From the NCBI GenBank assembly GCA_051362555.1, contig CM120646.1:7626001-7690000 (forward strand): a stretch of DNA of 64,000 nucleotides. The letters are read 5' to 3'. The stretch comes from Lingula anatina. Its lineage: Eukaryota; Animalia; Brachiopoda. Numbering within the stretch: position 1 is the first letter of the stretch; every line of letters begins with the position of its first letter. The translations under genes and the position numbers were made by a program. Under the pieces are notes generated by a model. The model ran no database searches. It was not told the origin of the DNA and saw nothing but the letters and a program-made list of their open reading frames with translations. Below, piece after piece: positions 63,201-64,000 of the stretch.

Positions 63201-63895
63201 ATGCGCAGAAGAAAAGCAGTTACATGTATATAAAGAGGTGAAGGTATGAACAACATTTCCTGTTTTCTATCAGTTGACTCCGGCCATCTGGTTTGGTGGA
63301 AATCCGTTACTATGCAAAACTTGGCAAGCCCCGAAAAGCCATTGAGTTACTTCCAGATGCCAAAAGGATCAACAATTCTACGTTCGACATTTGCAGCGGA
63401 TATGGTGAAAGAAAAGTAAACGTTACGCTGAAGGCAGAAGATGATGGGAAAACTTTAAAATGCCGAATGGAAATTAGATCGGATTTCGTAACATTTAGTA
63501 ATTATCTCATAATTTTAACACTAACGCTTTATACAATTTCGGGACAGACAGTTATTCTGAAAAATGCAGGGGGTTCTTCTTGTTAGATGTTGATGACATT
63601 TTATGGATATATACATTTGTATATAAATTCATACCCTAAAATCCTCGTGCTATTGATAACCTCTCTCTCTCTCTCTCTTTATATATCTATCTGTCTCATA
63701 TGCCCCATCATTTTTTCTCTCTCTCATGTTAGAAATAAAACTAGATGGTGTCGATGGGTAGCCATCGCATATCCCCGCACTTCCCCATATTATCAAGAGC
63801 AGCTCACCCCTAGGGATCACTTACCACACACCCACGTACACACGCACCTACACACACACATACACACAACTCACTGCTTCATCCAAAGGTATAAA

Positions 63896-63903
<8 letters not shown>

Positions 63904-63959
<56 letters not shown>
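63904..63959. repeat. (TA)n microsatellite
   Basis: Direct inspection. Confidence 0.95.
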
Positions 63960-63964
<5 letters not shown>

Positions 63965-64000
63965 GCGGGATAACATGATCCCCGACTTTTGTCCCAAAAG

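Larger units (their letters stand above)
33775..63550 (+). repeat. Tandem segmental duplication: three RTK units (~33.8-45.3 kb, ~45.3-56.85 kb, ~56.85-63.55 kb truncated)
   Basis: Collinear similarity of exons, introns and downstream DNA at an offset of ~11.5 kb. Confidence 0.95.
56916..63550 (+). pseudogene. Ig-RTK copy 3, disrupted and truncated
   Basis: Signal exon 56916-57997 is split by a Harbinger MITE; only the 3' tail of the Ig1 exon remains (~62430-62484); the Ig2 exon 63274-63497 has a 34-nt deletion; homology stops at ~63550. Confidence 0.88.

Overview
AT-rich animal genomic DNA with GT-AG introns. The gene and repeat content suggests a lophotrochozoan, perhaps a mollusc (inference only). 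From left to right: (1) a minus-strand secreted fibropellin/Notch-like protein with a signal peptide, atypical Cys-rich head modules and a homogenised array of 111-bp calcium-binding EGF exons running off the window edge; (2) an unexplained ~655-bp tandem repeat; (3) a minus-strand secreted VWA + C-type lectin gene; (4) a nest of transposons, including a 5'-truncated Tx1/L1-like LINE with a 12-bp TSD inside a larger TIR element; (5) a tandem array (~11.5-kb period) of 13-exon receptor tyrosine kinases (signal, 3 Ig domains, TM, kinase, PDZ-type tail). Two RTK copies are essentially complete and a third is a transposon-disrupted pseudogene containing a FLYWCH-MULE relic. The most striking signal is that the two complete RTKs are ~97% identical in the kinase and Ig3 but only ~70% identical in the distal Ig domain, as expected for a diversifying recognition-receptor cluster. 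All exon coordinates, translations and difference counts were done by hand.
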